From the NCBI RefSeq assembly GCF_009914755.1, contig NC_060948.1: DNA of 64,000 bases; one strand, written 5' to 3'. Of this stretch, positions 30,301 through 44,976 are shown piece by piece (position 1 is the stretch's first letter; each line of letters starts with the position of its first letter). Origin of the DNA: the human T2T-CHM13v2.0 reference genome, Homo sapiens. The position numbers and the translations under genes are program-made. The notes below the pieces were generated by a model. That model was not told where the DNA came from. It was given only the letters and a program-made list of their open reading frames with translations, and searched no databases.

Positions 30301-33300
30301 TTGATAGGAACGGAATGGAAAGGAATGCAATGATTTGGCATGGAATGCAATCGAATGGCATCGAATGGAATGGAATGGAATGCAATGGAATGGAATGTAT
30401 TAGAATGTAATGAACTTTAATGGTATGTACTCGAATGGATTCGACTGGAATGGAATGTTCTGGAAGTGAATGGACTCCAATGGAATGGATTCAAAAGGAA
30501 TGGAATCGTACGGAATGGAATCTAATGGAATGGAATTAAATGGAAATGAATCAAATTGAATAGCACGGAATTGAATTGAATGGAATGGAATGCAATGGAA
30601 TCTAATGAAACGGAAAGGAAAGGAATGGAATGGAATGGAATGGGCTGGAATGGAAAGGAATCGAAACGAATGGAATGGAATCGAAGTGAAGAGACTGGAA
30701 TGGAATGCACTGGAATGGAAGGGAGTGTAATGGAAGGTTCTCGAAAAAAATGGAATGGAATGGAATGGAATTGAATGGAACGGAATAGAGTCGAATGGAA
30801 TTGAATGGAATGGAATGGACTAGAGTGAAATGGAATCGAACCACAAGGAATGGACAGGAATAGAATGGTCTCGAATTGAATGGAATCGTATGGAATGGCA
30901 TCAAACGGAATGGAATGGACAGCCACGGAATGGAATGCACTCGAATGCAATGGAGTCGAAACTAATGGACTGGAATAGAATGGACTCGACTGGTACGGAC
31001 TCCAATGGAATGGAATCGAATGGAAGGGAATCGAACGGAATGGACTCGAAGGGAAAAGACTGCAATGGAAAGGTCTCGAATGGAATGGAAATTAATGGAA
31101 TGGAATGGAATCGAATGAAATGGAGTCAAAAGGAATGGAATCGAATGGCAAGAAATCGAATGTAATGGAATCGCAAGGAATTGATGTGAACGGAACGGAA
31201 TGGAATGGAATCCAAAGGAATGGAATAGAATGGAATGGAATCGAATGGAAAGGACTCGAATGGAAATCACTCGAATAGAATGCAATTTAATAAAATAGGA
31301 TCAAATGTAATGGAATGGAATGGAAAGGAATCGAAACGAAAGGAATGGAGACAGATGGAATGGAATGGAACAGAGAGCAATGGTATAGAATGGAATGGAA
31401 TCATCTGGAATGGAATTGAATGGAATGGAATAACATGAAATGGACTGGAATGGAATGGAATGCCCTTGAATTAAATGGACTGGAATGGAATGGACTCGAA
31501 CAGAGTGGAATGGAAAGTGTTGAAATAGAATGGAATGGACTGGTTTGGAATGGTCTAGTATGCAATGCAATCGACTGGCAGGGAATCAAAAGGAATGTAA
31601 TCGAATGGATTGGACTGGAATGCAATGGACTCGAATAGATTGGAAACGGAATGCAAAGGAATGGAATGGAATAGTATGGAATGGAATGGAAAGGAATGGA
31701 GTGGAATAGACTAGAGTGGAATGGAATGGACTCGAAAGCAATGGACTGGAATGGAACTTTCTTGAATGGACTGGAATCAAACGGAATGGAATGCAATGCA
31801 ATCAAATGGCATGGAATAAAATAGAATGAAAGAGAATCAAATGGAATTGAATCGAATGGAATCGAATGGATTGGAAAGGAATAGAATGGAATGGAATGGA
31901 ATTGACTCAAATGGAATGGACTAGAATGGAATGGATTCGAATGGAAGGCAAAGGAATGGAATCTATTGGAATGGACTGTAATGGAATGGAATGGAAGGGA
32001 TTGGAATGGACTCGAATGGAATGGACTGCAATAGAAAGGATTCGAATGGAATGAAAAAGAATTGAATGGAATAGAACAGAATGGAATCAAATCGAATGAA
32101 ATGGAATGGAATAGAAAGGAATGGAATGAAATGGAATGGAAAGGATTCGAATGGAATGCAATCGAATGGAATGGAATCGAACGGAATGGAATAAAATGGA
32201 AGAAAACTGGCAAGAAATGGAATCGAAATGAATGGAGTGTTATGGAACGGACTCAAAAGGAATTGAATGTAATAGAATGGAGTGGAGTGGACTCGAATAT
32301 AATGGACTGGAATGGAATGAAATCACATGGAATGGGAACGAATGGAATGGAATGGAAAGGAATGGAATCGAATGGAAAGGAATCGAATGGAAGGGAATGA
32401 AATTGAATCAACAGGAATGGAAGGGAATAGAATAGACGGTAATGGAATGGACTCGAATAGAATGGACACAAATGCTCAAATTGAATGGACTCGAATGCAA
32501 TGGAAACGAAAGGAATGTCATCGAATGGAATTGAATCGATTGGAATGAAATCGCATAGAATGGAGTGGAATCAAATGGAATTGAATCGAAAGGAAAGGAA
32601 GCGAATGGACTGAAATGAAATGGAATGGAATTGAATGGAAAGTTATGTAATGGAATAGAATGGAACGAAATTTCAGGGAATACAATCAAACTGAATGGAA
32701 TCAAATCAATGGAATCAAATCAAATGGAATGGAAAGGAATTGAATGGAGTAGATTGGATTGGATGGGATTGGAATGAAATGTACTGGAAAGGACTCGAAT
32801 TTCATGAAACGGAATGGAATGAATTGGAACGGAACGGACTCGAATGGAATGGAATGTCATGGAATGGCATCAAATGGAATGGCATCAAATGGAATGGAAT
32901 CGAATGCAATGGAGTGCTATGGAATGGAATGGAATGCATTGGAATGGAATGTCCTCTAATGGAATGGATTCGAGTGGAATGGAATCGAATATAATGGAGT
33001 CGAATGAAATGGAATTGAAAGGAATGGGATCGAATACAATGGAATATACTGGAATGTAATGTAATGAACACGAATGTAATTGACTGGAATGGAATGTACA
33101 TGAATGGAATGTAATTGAATGGAAAGTAATCCAATGGAATAGAATCTAATGCAATAAAATCGACTCAGATAGAGTAGAATGTAATGGAATGGAGTGCAGT
33201 GCAATGGAATGGAATGGAATGGAATGCAATGGAATGGAATGGAATGGAATGGAATGGGATGGAATGGTGTGGAATGGATAGTAATGGACTGGAGTGAAAT

Positions 33301-36300
33301 GGACTGGAAAGGAATGGACTCAAATTGAAAGGGCTCGAAAGGAATGGAGTCAAATGGAATGGTCTGGAATGGAATGAACACGAATGTAATGCAATCCAAT
33401 AGAATGGAATCGAATGGCATGGAATATAAAGAAATGGAATCGAAGAGAATGGAAACAAATGGAATGGAATTGAATGGAATGGAATTGAATGGAATGGGAA
33501 CGAATGGAGTGAAATTGTATGCAGTAGAAGAGAATAGAATGGAATGCAAGCGAAAGGAAAGGAATGGATTGGAATGGAATGGAATTCATTGGAATGGAAG
33601 GGAATGTAGTGTAATGGACAGGCCTGGAATAAAGTGGAATGCTACGGTCTCGAATGGAATAAAAATGTATTGAATGGAATGCAATGAAACGGAATCGAAT
33701 GTCATAGAATGTAATGGAATGCAAAAAAATGGAATCCAAAATCATTGACTGGAAAGGCTGGGTGTCGAAAGGAATTGACTCCAATGGAATGGAATCGAAT
33801 GGAATGGAAGTGAATAGAATCGAACTAAATCGAATGGAATGGAATTGATAGGAACGGAATGGAAAGGAATGCAATGATTTGGCATGGAATGCAATCGAAT
33901 GGCATCGAATGGAATGGAATGGAATGCAATGGAATGGAATGTATTAGAATGTAATGAACTTTAATGGAATGTACTCGAATGGATTCGACTGGAATGGAAT
34001 GTTCTGGAAGTGAATGGACTCCAATGGAATGGATTCAAAAGGAATGGAATCGTACGGAATGGAATCTAATGGAATGGAATTAAATGGAAATGAATCAAAT
34101 TGAATAGCACGGAATTGAATTGAGTGGAATCGAATGCAATGGAATCTAATGAAACGGAAAGGAAAGGAATGGAATGGAATGGAATGGGCTGGAATGGAAA
34201 GGAATCGAAACGAATGGAATGGAATCGAACTGAAGAGACTGGAATGGAATGCACTGGAATGGAAGGGAGTGTAATGGAAGGTTGTCGAAAAAAATGGAAT
34301 CGAATGGAATGGAATTGAATGGAACGGAATAGAGTCGAATGGAATTGAATGGAATGGAATGGACTAGAGTGAAATGGAATCGAACCACAAGGAATGGACA
34401 GGAATAGAATGGTCTCGAATTGAATGGAATCGTATGGAATGGCATCAAACGGAATGGAATGGACAGCCACGGAATGGAATGCACTCGAATGCAATGGAGT
34501 CGAAACTAATGGACTGGAATAGAATGGACTCGACTGGTACGGACTCCAATGGAATGGAATCGAATGGAAGGGAATCGAACGGAATGGACTCGAAGGGAAA
34601 AGACTGCAATGGAGAGGTCTCGAATGGAATGGAAATTAATGGAATGGAATGGAATCGAATGAAATGGAGTCAAAAGGAATGGAATCGAATGGCAAGAAAT
34701 CGAATGTAATGGAATCGCAAGGAATTGATGTGAACGGAACGGAATGGAATGGAATCCAAAGGAATGGAATAGAATGGAATGGAATCGAATGGAAAGGACT
34801 CGAATGGAAATCACTCGAATAGAATGCAATTTAATAAAATAGGATCAAATGTAATGGAATGGAATGGAAAGGAATCGAAACGAAAGGAATGGAGACAGAT
34901 GGAATGGAATGGAACAGAGAGCAATGGTATAGAATGGAATGGAATCATCTGGAATGGAATTGAATGGAATGGAATAACATGAAATGGACTGGAATGGAAT
35001 GGAATGCCCTTGAATTAAATGGACTGGAATGGAATGGACTCGAACAGAGTGGAATGGAAAGTGTTGAAATAGAATGGAATGGACTGGTTTGGAATGGTCT
35101 AGTATGCAATGCAATCGACTGGCAGGGAATCAAAAGGAATGTAATCGAATGGATTGGACTGGAATGCAATGGACTCGAATAGATTGGAAACGGAATGCAA
35201 AGGAATGGAATGGAATAGTATGGAATGGAATGGAAAGGAATGGAGTGGAATAGACTAGAGTGGAATGGAATGGACTCGAAAGCAATGGACTGGAATGGAA
35301 CTTTCCTGAATGGACTGGAATCAAACGGAATGGAATGCAATGCAATCAAATGGCATGGAATAAAATAGAATGAAAGAGAATCAAATGGAATTGAATCGAA
35401 TGGAATCGAATGGATTGGAAAGGAATAGAATGGAATGGAATGGAATTGACTCAAATGGAATGGACTAGAATGGAATGGATTCGAATGGAAGGCAAAGGAA
35501 TGGAATCTATTGGAATGGACTGTAATGGAATGGAATGGAAGGGATTGGAATGGACTCGAATGGAATGGACTGCAATAGAAAGGATTCGAATGGAATGAAA
35601 AAGAATTGAATGGAATAGAACAGAATGGAATCAAATCGAATGAAATGGAATGGAATAGAAAGGAATGGAATGAAATGGAATGGAAAGGATTCGAATGGAA
35701 TGCAATCGAATGGAATGGAATCGAACGCAATGGAATAAAATGGAAGAAAACTGGCAAGAAATGGAATCGAAATGAATGGAGTGTTATGGAACGGACTCAA
35801 AAGGAATTGAATGTAATAGAATGGAGTGGAGTGGACTCGAATATAATGGACTGGAATGGAATGAAATCACATGGAATGGGAACGAATGGAATGGAATGGA
35901 AAGGAATGGAATCGAATGGAAAGGAATCGAATGGAAGGGAATGAAATTGAATCAACAGGAATGGAAGGGAATAGAATAGACGGTAATGGAATGGACTCGA
36001 ATAGAATGGACACGAATGCTCAAATTGAATGGACTCGAATGGAATGGAAACGAAAGGAATGTCATCGAATGGAATTGAATCGATTGGAATGAAATCGCAT
36101 AGAATGGAGTGGAATCAAATGGAATTGAATCGAAAGGAAAGGAAGCGAATGGACTGAAATGAAATGGAATGGAATTGAATGGAAAGTAATGCAATGGAAT
36201 AGAATGGAACGAAATTTCACGGAATGGAATCAAACTGAATGGAATCAAATCAATGGAATCAAATCAAATGGAATGGAAAGGAATTGAATGGAGTAGATTG

Positions 36301-36672
36301 GATTGGATGGGATTGGAATGAAATGTACTGGAAAGGACTCGAATTTCATGAAACGGAATGGAATGAATTGGAACGGAATGGACTCGAATGGAATGGAATG
36401 TCATGGAATGGCATCAAATGGAATGGCATCAAATGGAATGGAATCGAATGTAATGGAATGGAATGCATTGGAATGGAATGTCCTCTAATGGAATGGATTT
36501 GAGTGGAATGGAATCGAATATAATGGAGTCGAATGAAATGGAATTGAAAGGAATGGGATCGAATACAATGGAATATACTGGAATGTAATGTAATGAACTC
36601 GAATGTATTTGACTGGAATGGAATGTACATGAATGGAATGTAATCGAATGGAAAGTAATCCAATGCAATAGA

Positions 36673-36676
36673 ATCA
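36673..36676. other. DYZ1 (HSat3) to DYZ2 (HSat1B) block junction
   Basis: The DYZ1 consensus ...AATAGAATC|TAATGC is followed to 36675, then the sequence switches to DYZ2-type ATC|ATATAT...TTTTACATCCTGCATC with no intervening unique DNA. Confidence 0.93.
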
Positions 36677-37402
36677 TATATGATATATAATATATGTATA
36701 ATATTCTTTTACATCCTGCATCTTATGTTATATATATTGTATAAAATATAATAATTGATTATATATACTTTTATAACATAATTTACATAAAATATCATAA
36801 TATAATATATATTATATTATTTCATATTACATAATATATATTACATATCACCCAATATAAGTAACATACATAATATTATAATATAGATTATATTATGTTA
36901 TATTAAATATCATATATATTATGTATCATATATTCTATAATATATATTATACATTATATAATATGTATGTTGTCTATTATGTGATATATATAACTATACA
37001 TATAATTATATTATTATACGAATAACTAGATAAACATGTAATTCTACATATTTTCATTTATAATATATAGAATTATATAATCATATATAATTATGTATAT
37101 TCTATAAAAAATTATATCATTATATAAATTATAATATATAAAAATTATAATATGTACTACAAATATATATATTATATATCATATATGATATAGTACCTTT
37201 GTTATATATCATAATACATATAAATGTGTATTATGTTATCTATAATTATATAATTTCATATATAAGTTGTATAATATGTATTATATATTATATATGTTAT
37301 GTAATATATATAGTATATATAAGATGACACAGGATAAATATTATATACTATGACATATAAGATATATGAGGTTATATGTTTCATATAAGGCATAGCACAT
37401 AA

Positions 37403-37717
<315 letters not shown>

Positions 37718-38295
37718 AGATCCATATTTTTTAAATGAAAAAAAATTTCAAAGGTACTCTGCTTGGTACAATAATCAAATGTATAAACTGAGGAATAAAA
37801 CATAACCATGAAACCTACTTATAACTGCATATGGAAAATACAGAGGATAATTTTTTAAATAACATATTGTTAAAGCCTTAACTAGTAATTTGAAGAGTTG
37901 GCATTTGAAAGGCCAGTATGAATATACCTTCACAGCAGCAACACAGGTTCCCCATGAGAAAAAGCAAACTCAGGGAAAATAAAACCACAAAGGTTCAATC
38001 TCTTCTGACCTTTGAAAGACACAGCACAGACAGTGGTCCTTAGGACGAAGAGCAGGAGACCCCTAATTCCGTCACCATGGCGATAGGGCATAAACATTGC
38101 TGGGTAAGGGCACAATCCACATTGTGAGCTCCAACTGCTGCCAGGAAGACAGCAGTGCTTTTACATAGACCGAAAGGTCATTGAAGGCTCAGAGTTTTGT
38201 TTCAAGAACTGAATCCCAAGCCCACACGTTATTAGGCTGCGCTTCTTAAAACAAGTTATGAGATGGGAAAAAGGGCACCCACATACATACGTATA
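37718..38295. repeat. Non-Alu complex segment of the DYZ2 unit (HSATI-type, ~0.58 kb); representative of 11 copies, each directly right of an Alu
   Basis: Non-simple sequence AGATCCATATTTTTT...GGGAAAAAGGGCACCCAC repeated at the 2.42-kb period. The HSATI name comes from knowledge of DYZ2 composition, not from an alignment. Confidence 0.8.
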
Positions 38296-40137
<1,842 letters not shown>

Positions 40138-42242
40138 AGATCCATATTTTTTAAATGAAAAAAAATTTCAAAGGTACTCTGCTTGGTACAATAATCAAAT
40201 GTATAAACTGAGGAATAAAACATAACCATGAAACCTACTTATAACTGCATATGGAAAATACAGAGGATAATTTTTTAAATAACATATTTTGAAAGCCTTA
40301 ACTAGTAATTTGAAGAGTTGGCATTTGAAAGGCCAGTATGAATATACCTTCAAAGCAGCAACACAGGTTCCCCATGAGAAAAAGCAAACTCAGGGAAAAT
40401 AAAACCACAAAGGTTCAATCTCTTCTGACCTTTGAAAGACACAGCACAGACAGTGGTCCTTAGGACGAAGAGCAGGAGACCCCTAATTCCGTCACCATGG
40501 CGATAGGGCATAAACATTGCTGGGTGAGGGCACAATCCACATTGTGAGGTCCAAGTGCTGCCAGGAAGACAGGAGTGCTTTTACATAGACCGAAAGGTCA
40601 TTGAAGGCTCAGAGTTTTGTTTCAAGAACTGAATCCCAAGCCCACACGTTATTAGGCTGCGCGTCTTAAAACAAGTTATGAGATGGGAAAAAGAGCACCC
40701 ACAAACATACGTATACATTATGTATATAATAATATACAGTATCATATATATAATATATATAACCTATGTATAATATTGTTTTACATCCTGCATCTTATGT
40801 TATATATATTGTATAAAATATAATAATTGATAATATATAAGTTTTATATTTATACAATATGACATATAGTATATATTATAATTTATGACATATATAATAT
40901 ATGTTATATATCATATATAGAATATATTATACGGTTAATATACTTATTAAATATAAATTATACATTATATATATTATATATAATATATCTGTTATATATA
41001 ATACCCATTATGCATAATATATATATTATGTCTATGTTATATATAGTATAAAACAACATATAATAATATATAATTGTATACATAAAATGCGACATATAAT
41101 ATATATTATATTTTATGACATATGTAATATATATTATATATTATATATAATGCGTTGTATGTATAATACGTACATTAAATATATATTACATGACTATGTT
41201 ATTAATTACATGTCACATGTGTTATATATTATTTATTTTACATAGAATATACCGGTTACATACAATATATAGTATGTTACCTATAATGTATAATTTATTA
41301 CATGTAAAATAAAGAATGCAATATATTATGCATAATTTATAATATACAATATGTGGAATGTGATATATATAACATATAATATATGATATATGATATAGAG
41401 TATATGATATATAACATACAATATATGATACCTAATATATATGATATACAATATATATTTTATGATATGTATTCTATATGTTATATTTTCTGTTATATAT
41501 AACTGTTTGAAATAATATATAACTGTATAATATTTTAGGTACATATGTAATATAATATATATAAGTTTATAATATATTATATATAACTATATATTATGTT
41601 ATATATACTTTTATAACATAATTTACATAAAATATCATAATATAATATATATTATATTATTTCATATTACATAATATATATTACATATCACCCAATATAA
41701 GTAACATACATAATATTATAATATAGATTATATTATGTTATATTAAATATCATATATATCATGTATCATATATTCTATAATATATATTATACATTATATA
41801 ATATGTATGTTGTCTATTATGTGATATATATAACTATATATATAATTATATTATTATACATATAACTAGATAAACATGTAATTCTACATATTTTCATTTA
41901 TAATATATAGAATTATATAATCATATATAATTATTTATATTCTATAAAAAATTATATCATTATATAAATTATAATATATAAAAATTATAATATGTACTAC
42001 AAATATATATATTATATATCATATATGATATAGTACCTTTGTTATATATCATAATACATATAAATGTGTATTATGTTATCTATAATTATATAATTTCATA
42101 TATAAGATGTATAATATTTATTATATATTATATATGTTATGTAATATATATAGTATATATAAGATGACACAGGATAAATATTATATACTATGACATATAA
42201 AATATATGAGGTTATATGTTACATATAAGGCATAGCACATAA

Positions 42243-42557
<315 letters not shown>

Positions 42558-44661
42558 AGATCCATATTTTTTAAATGAAAAAAAATTTCAAAGGTACTCT
42601 GCTAGGTACAATAATCAAATGTATAAACTGAGGAAGAAAACATAACCATGAAACCTACTTATAACTGCATATGGAAAATACAGAGGATAATTTTTTAAAT
42701 AACATATTTTGAAAGCCTTAACTAGTAATTTGAAGAGTTGGCATTTGAAAGGCCAGTATGAATATACCTTCAAAGCAGCAACACAGGTTCCCCATGAGAA
42801 AAAGCAAACTCAGGGAAAATAAAACCACAAAGGTTCAATCTCTTCTGACCTTTGAAAGACACAGCACAGACAGTGGTCCTTAGGACGAAGAGCAGGAGAC
42901 CCCTAATTCCGTCACCATGGCGATAGGGCATAAACACTGCTGGGTGAGGGCACAATCCACATTGTGAGGTCCAACTGCTGCCAGGAAGACAGGAGTGCTT
43001 TTACATAGACCGAAAGGTCATTGAAGGCTCAGAGTTTTGTTTCAAGAACTGAATCCCAAGCCCACACGTTATTAGGCTGCGCTTCTTAAAACAAGTTATG
43101 AGATGGGAAAAAGGGCACCAACAGACATACGTATACATTATGTATATAATAATATACAGTATCATATATATAATATATATAACCTATGTATAATATTGTT
43201 TTACATCCTGCATCTTATACTATATATATTGTATAAAGTATAATAATTGATAATATATAAATTTTATATTTATACAATATGACATATAGTATATATTATA
43301 ATTTATGACATATATAATATATGTTATATATCATATATAGAATATATTATACGGTTAATATACGTATTAAATATAAATTATACATTATATATATTATATA
43401 TAATATATCTGTTACATATAATACCCATTATGCATAATATATATATTATGTCTATGTTATATATAGTATAAAACAACATATAATAATATATAATTGTATA
43501 TATAAAATGCGACATATAATATATATTATATTTTATGACATATGTAATATATATTATATATTATATATAATACGTTGTATGTATAATACCTAAAATAAAT
43601 ATATATTATATGACTATGTTATTAATTACATGTCACATGTGTTATATATTATATATTTTACATAGAATATACCGGTTACATACAATATATACTATGTTAC
43701 CTATAATGTATAATTTATTACATGTAAAATAAAGAATGCAATATATTATGTATAATTTATAATATACAATATGTGGAATGTGATATATATAACATATAAT
43801 ATATGATATATGATATACAGTATATGATATATAACATACAATATATGATACCTAATATATATGGTATACAATATATATTTTATGATATGTATTCTATATG
43901 TTTTATATTCTGTTATATATAACTATTTGAAATTATATATAACTGTATAATATTTTATATAAATATGTAATATAATATATATAACTATATAATATATTAT
44001 ATATAACTACATATTATGTTATATATACTTTTATAACATAATTTACATAAAATATCATAATATAATATATATTATATTATTTCATATTACATAATATATA
44101 TTACATATCACCCAATATAAGTAACATACATAATATTATAATATAGATTATATTATGTTATATTAAATATCATATATATCATGTATCATATAATCTATAA
44201 TATATATTATACATTATATAATACGTATGTTGTCTATTATGTGATATATATAACTATATATATAATTATATTATTATACATATAACTAGATAAACATGTA
44301 ATTCTACATATTTTCATTTATAATGTATAGAATTATATAATCATATAAATTATTTATGTTCTATAAAAAATTATATCATTATATAAATTATAATATATAA
44401 AAATTATAATATGTACTACAAATATGTATATTATATATCATATATGATATAGTACCTTTGTTATATATCATAATACATATAAATGTGTATTATGTTATCT
44501 ATAATTATATAATTTCATATATAAGATGTATAATATTTATTATATATTATATATGTTATGTAATATATATAGTATATATAAGATGACACAGGATAAATAT
44601 TATATACTATGACATATAAAATATATGAGGTTATATGTTACATATAAGGCATAGCACATAA

Positions 44662-44976
<315 letters not shown>

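Larger units (their letters stand above)
1..36675 (+). repeat. DYZ1: Human Satellite 3 (GGAAT)n array with ~3.55-kb higher-order unit: DYZ1 of Yq12 (about 10.3 units, open at the left edge)
   Basis: Diverged GGAAT pentamers run throughout on the + strand. A unique GGCC (HaeIII, within ACAGGCCTGG) recurs at 1649, 5213, 8762, 12319, 15873, 19407, 22956, 26529, 30077 and 33621 (spacings 3564, 3549, 3557, 3554, 3534, 3549, 3573, 3548, 3544). A GAATTC lies 39 bp upstream of it (e.g. 1610). 3564 bp is the classical DYZ1 unit length. Confidence 0.96.

Noticed and set aside
95-36677. Hundreds of ORFs rich in MEWNG (plus strand) or FHSIP (minus strand), up to 313 aa
   Set aside because: These are direct translations of (GGAAT)n and (ATTCC)n, which contain no stop codons in pure form. 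They recur with the repeat period and show no domain content or gene structure.
37920-38035. Exon-like splice signals on the minus strand (pyrimidine tract ...CTTTCAAAG and AAG/GTATAT)
   Set aside because: Weak, common motifs with no supporting transcript evidence visible from sequence.
37788-38050. Possible satellite-type hammerhead ribozyme: CTGAGGA...GAAAC (37788-37814) and hairpin GTCC-TTA-GGAC-GAAG (38036-38050)
   Set aside because: The first has no credible stem II, stem III or cleavage triplet. The second lacks the upstream CUGANGA and has GAAG instead of GAAA. The parts do not assemble into a hammerhead core. An Infernal search with Rfam hammerhead models would settle it.
37930-38115. 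61-aa minus-strand ORF (MCPHPA...) present in all 11 DYZ2 units, plus overlapping 71-84-aa ORFs in units 9-11
   Set aside because: It starts at TTG, is short and resembles no family I recognise. Its persistence follows from array homogenisation, and amino-acid-changing differences occur freely between copies.
38168-38179. GACC-GAAA-GGTC GNRA tetraloop hairpin
   Set aside because: A 4-bp stem is expected by chance, and its presence in every unit is not independent evidence.
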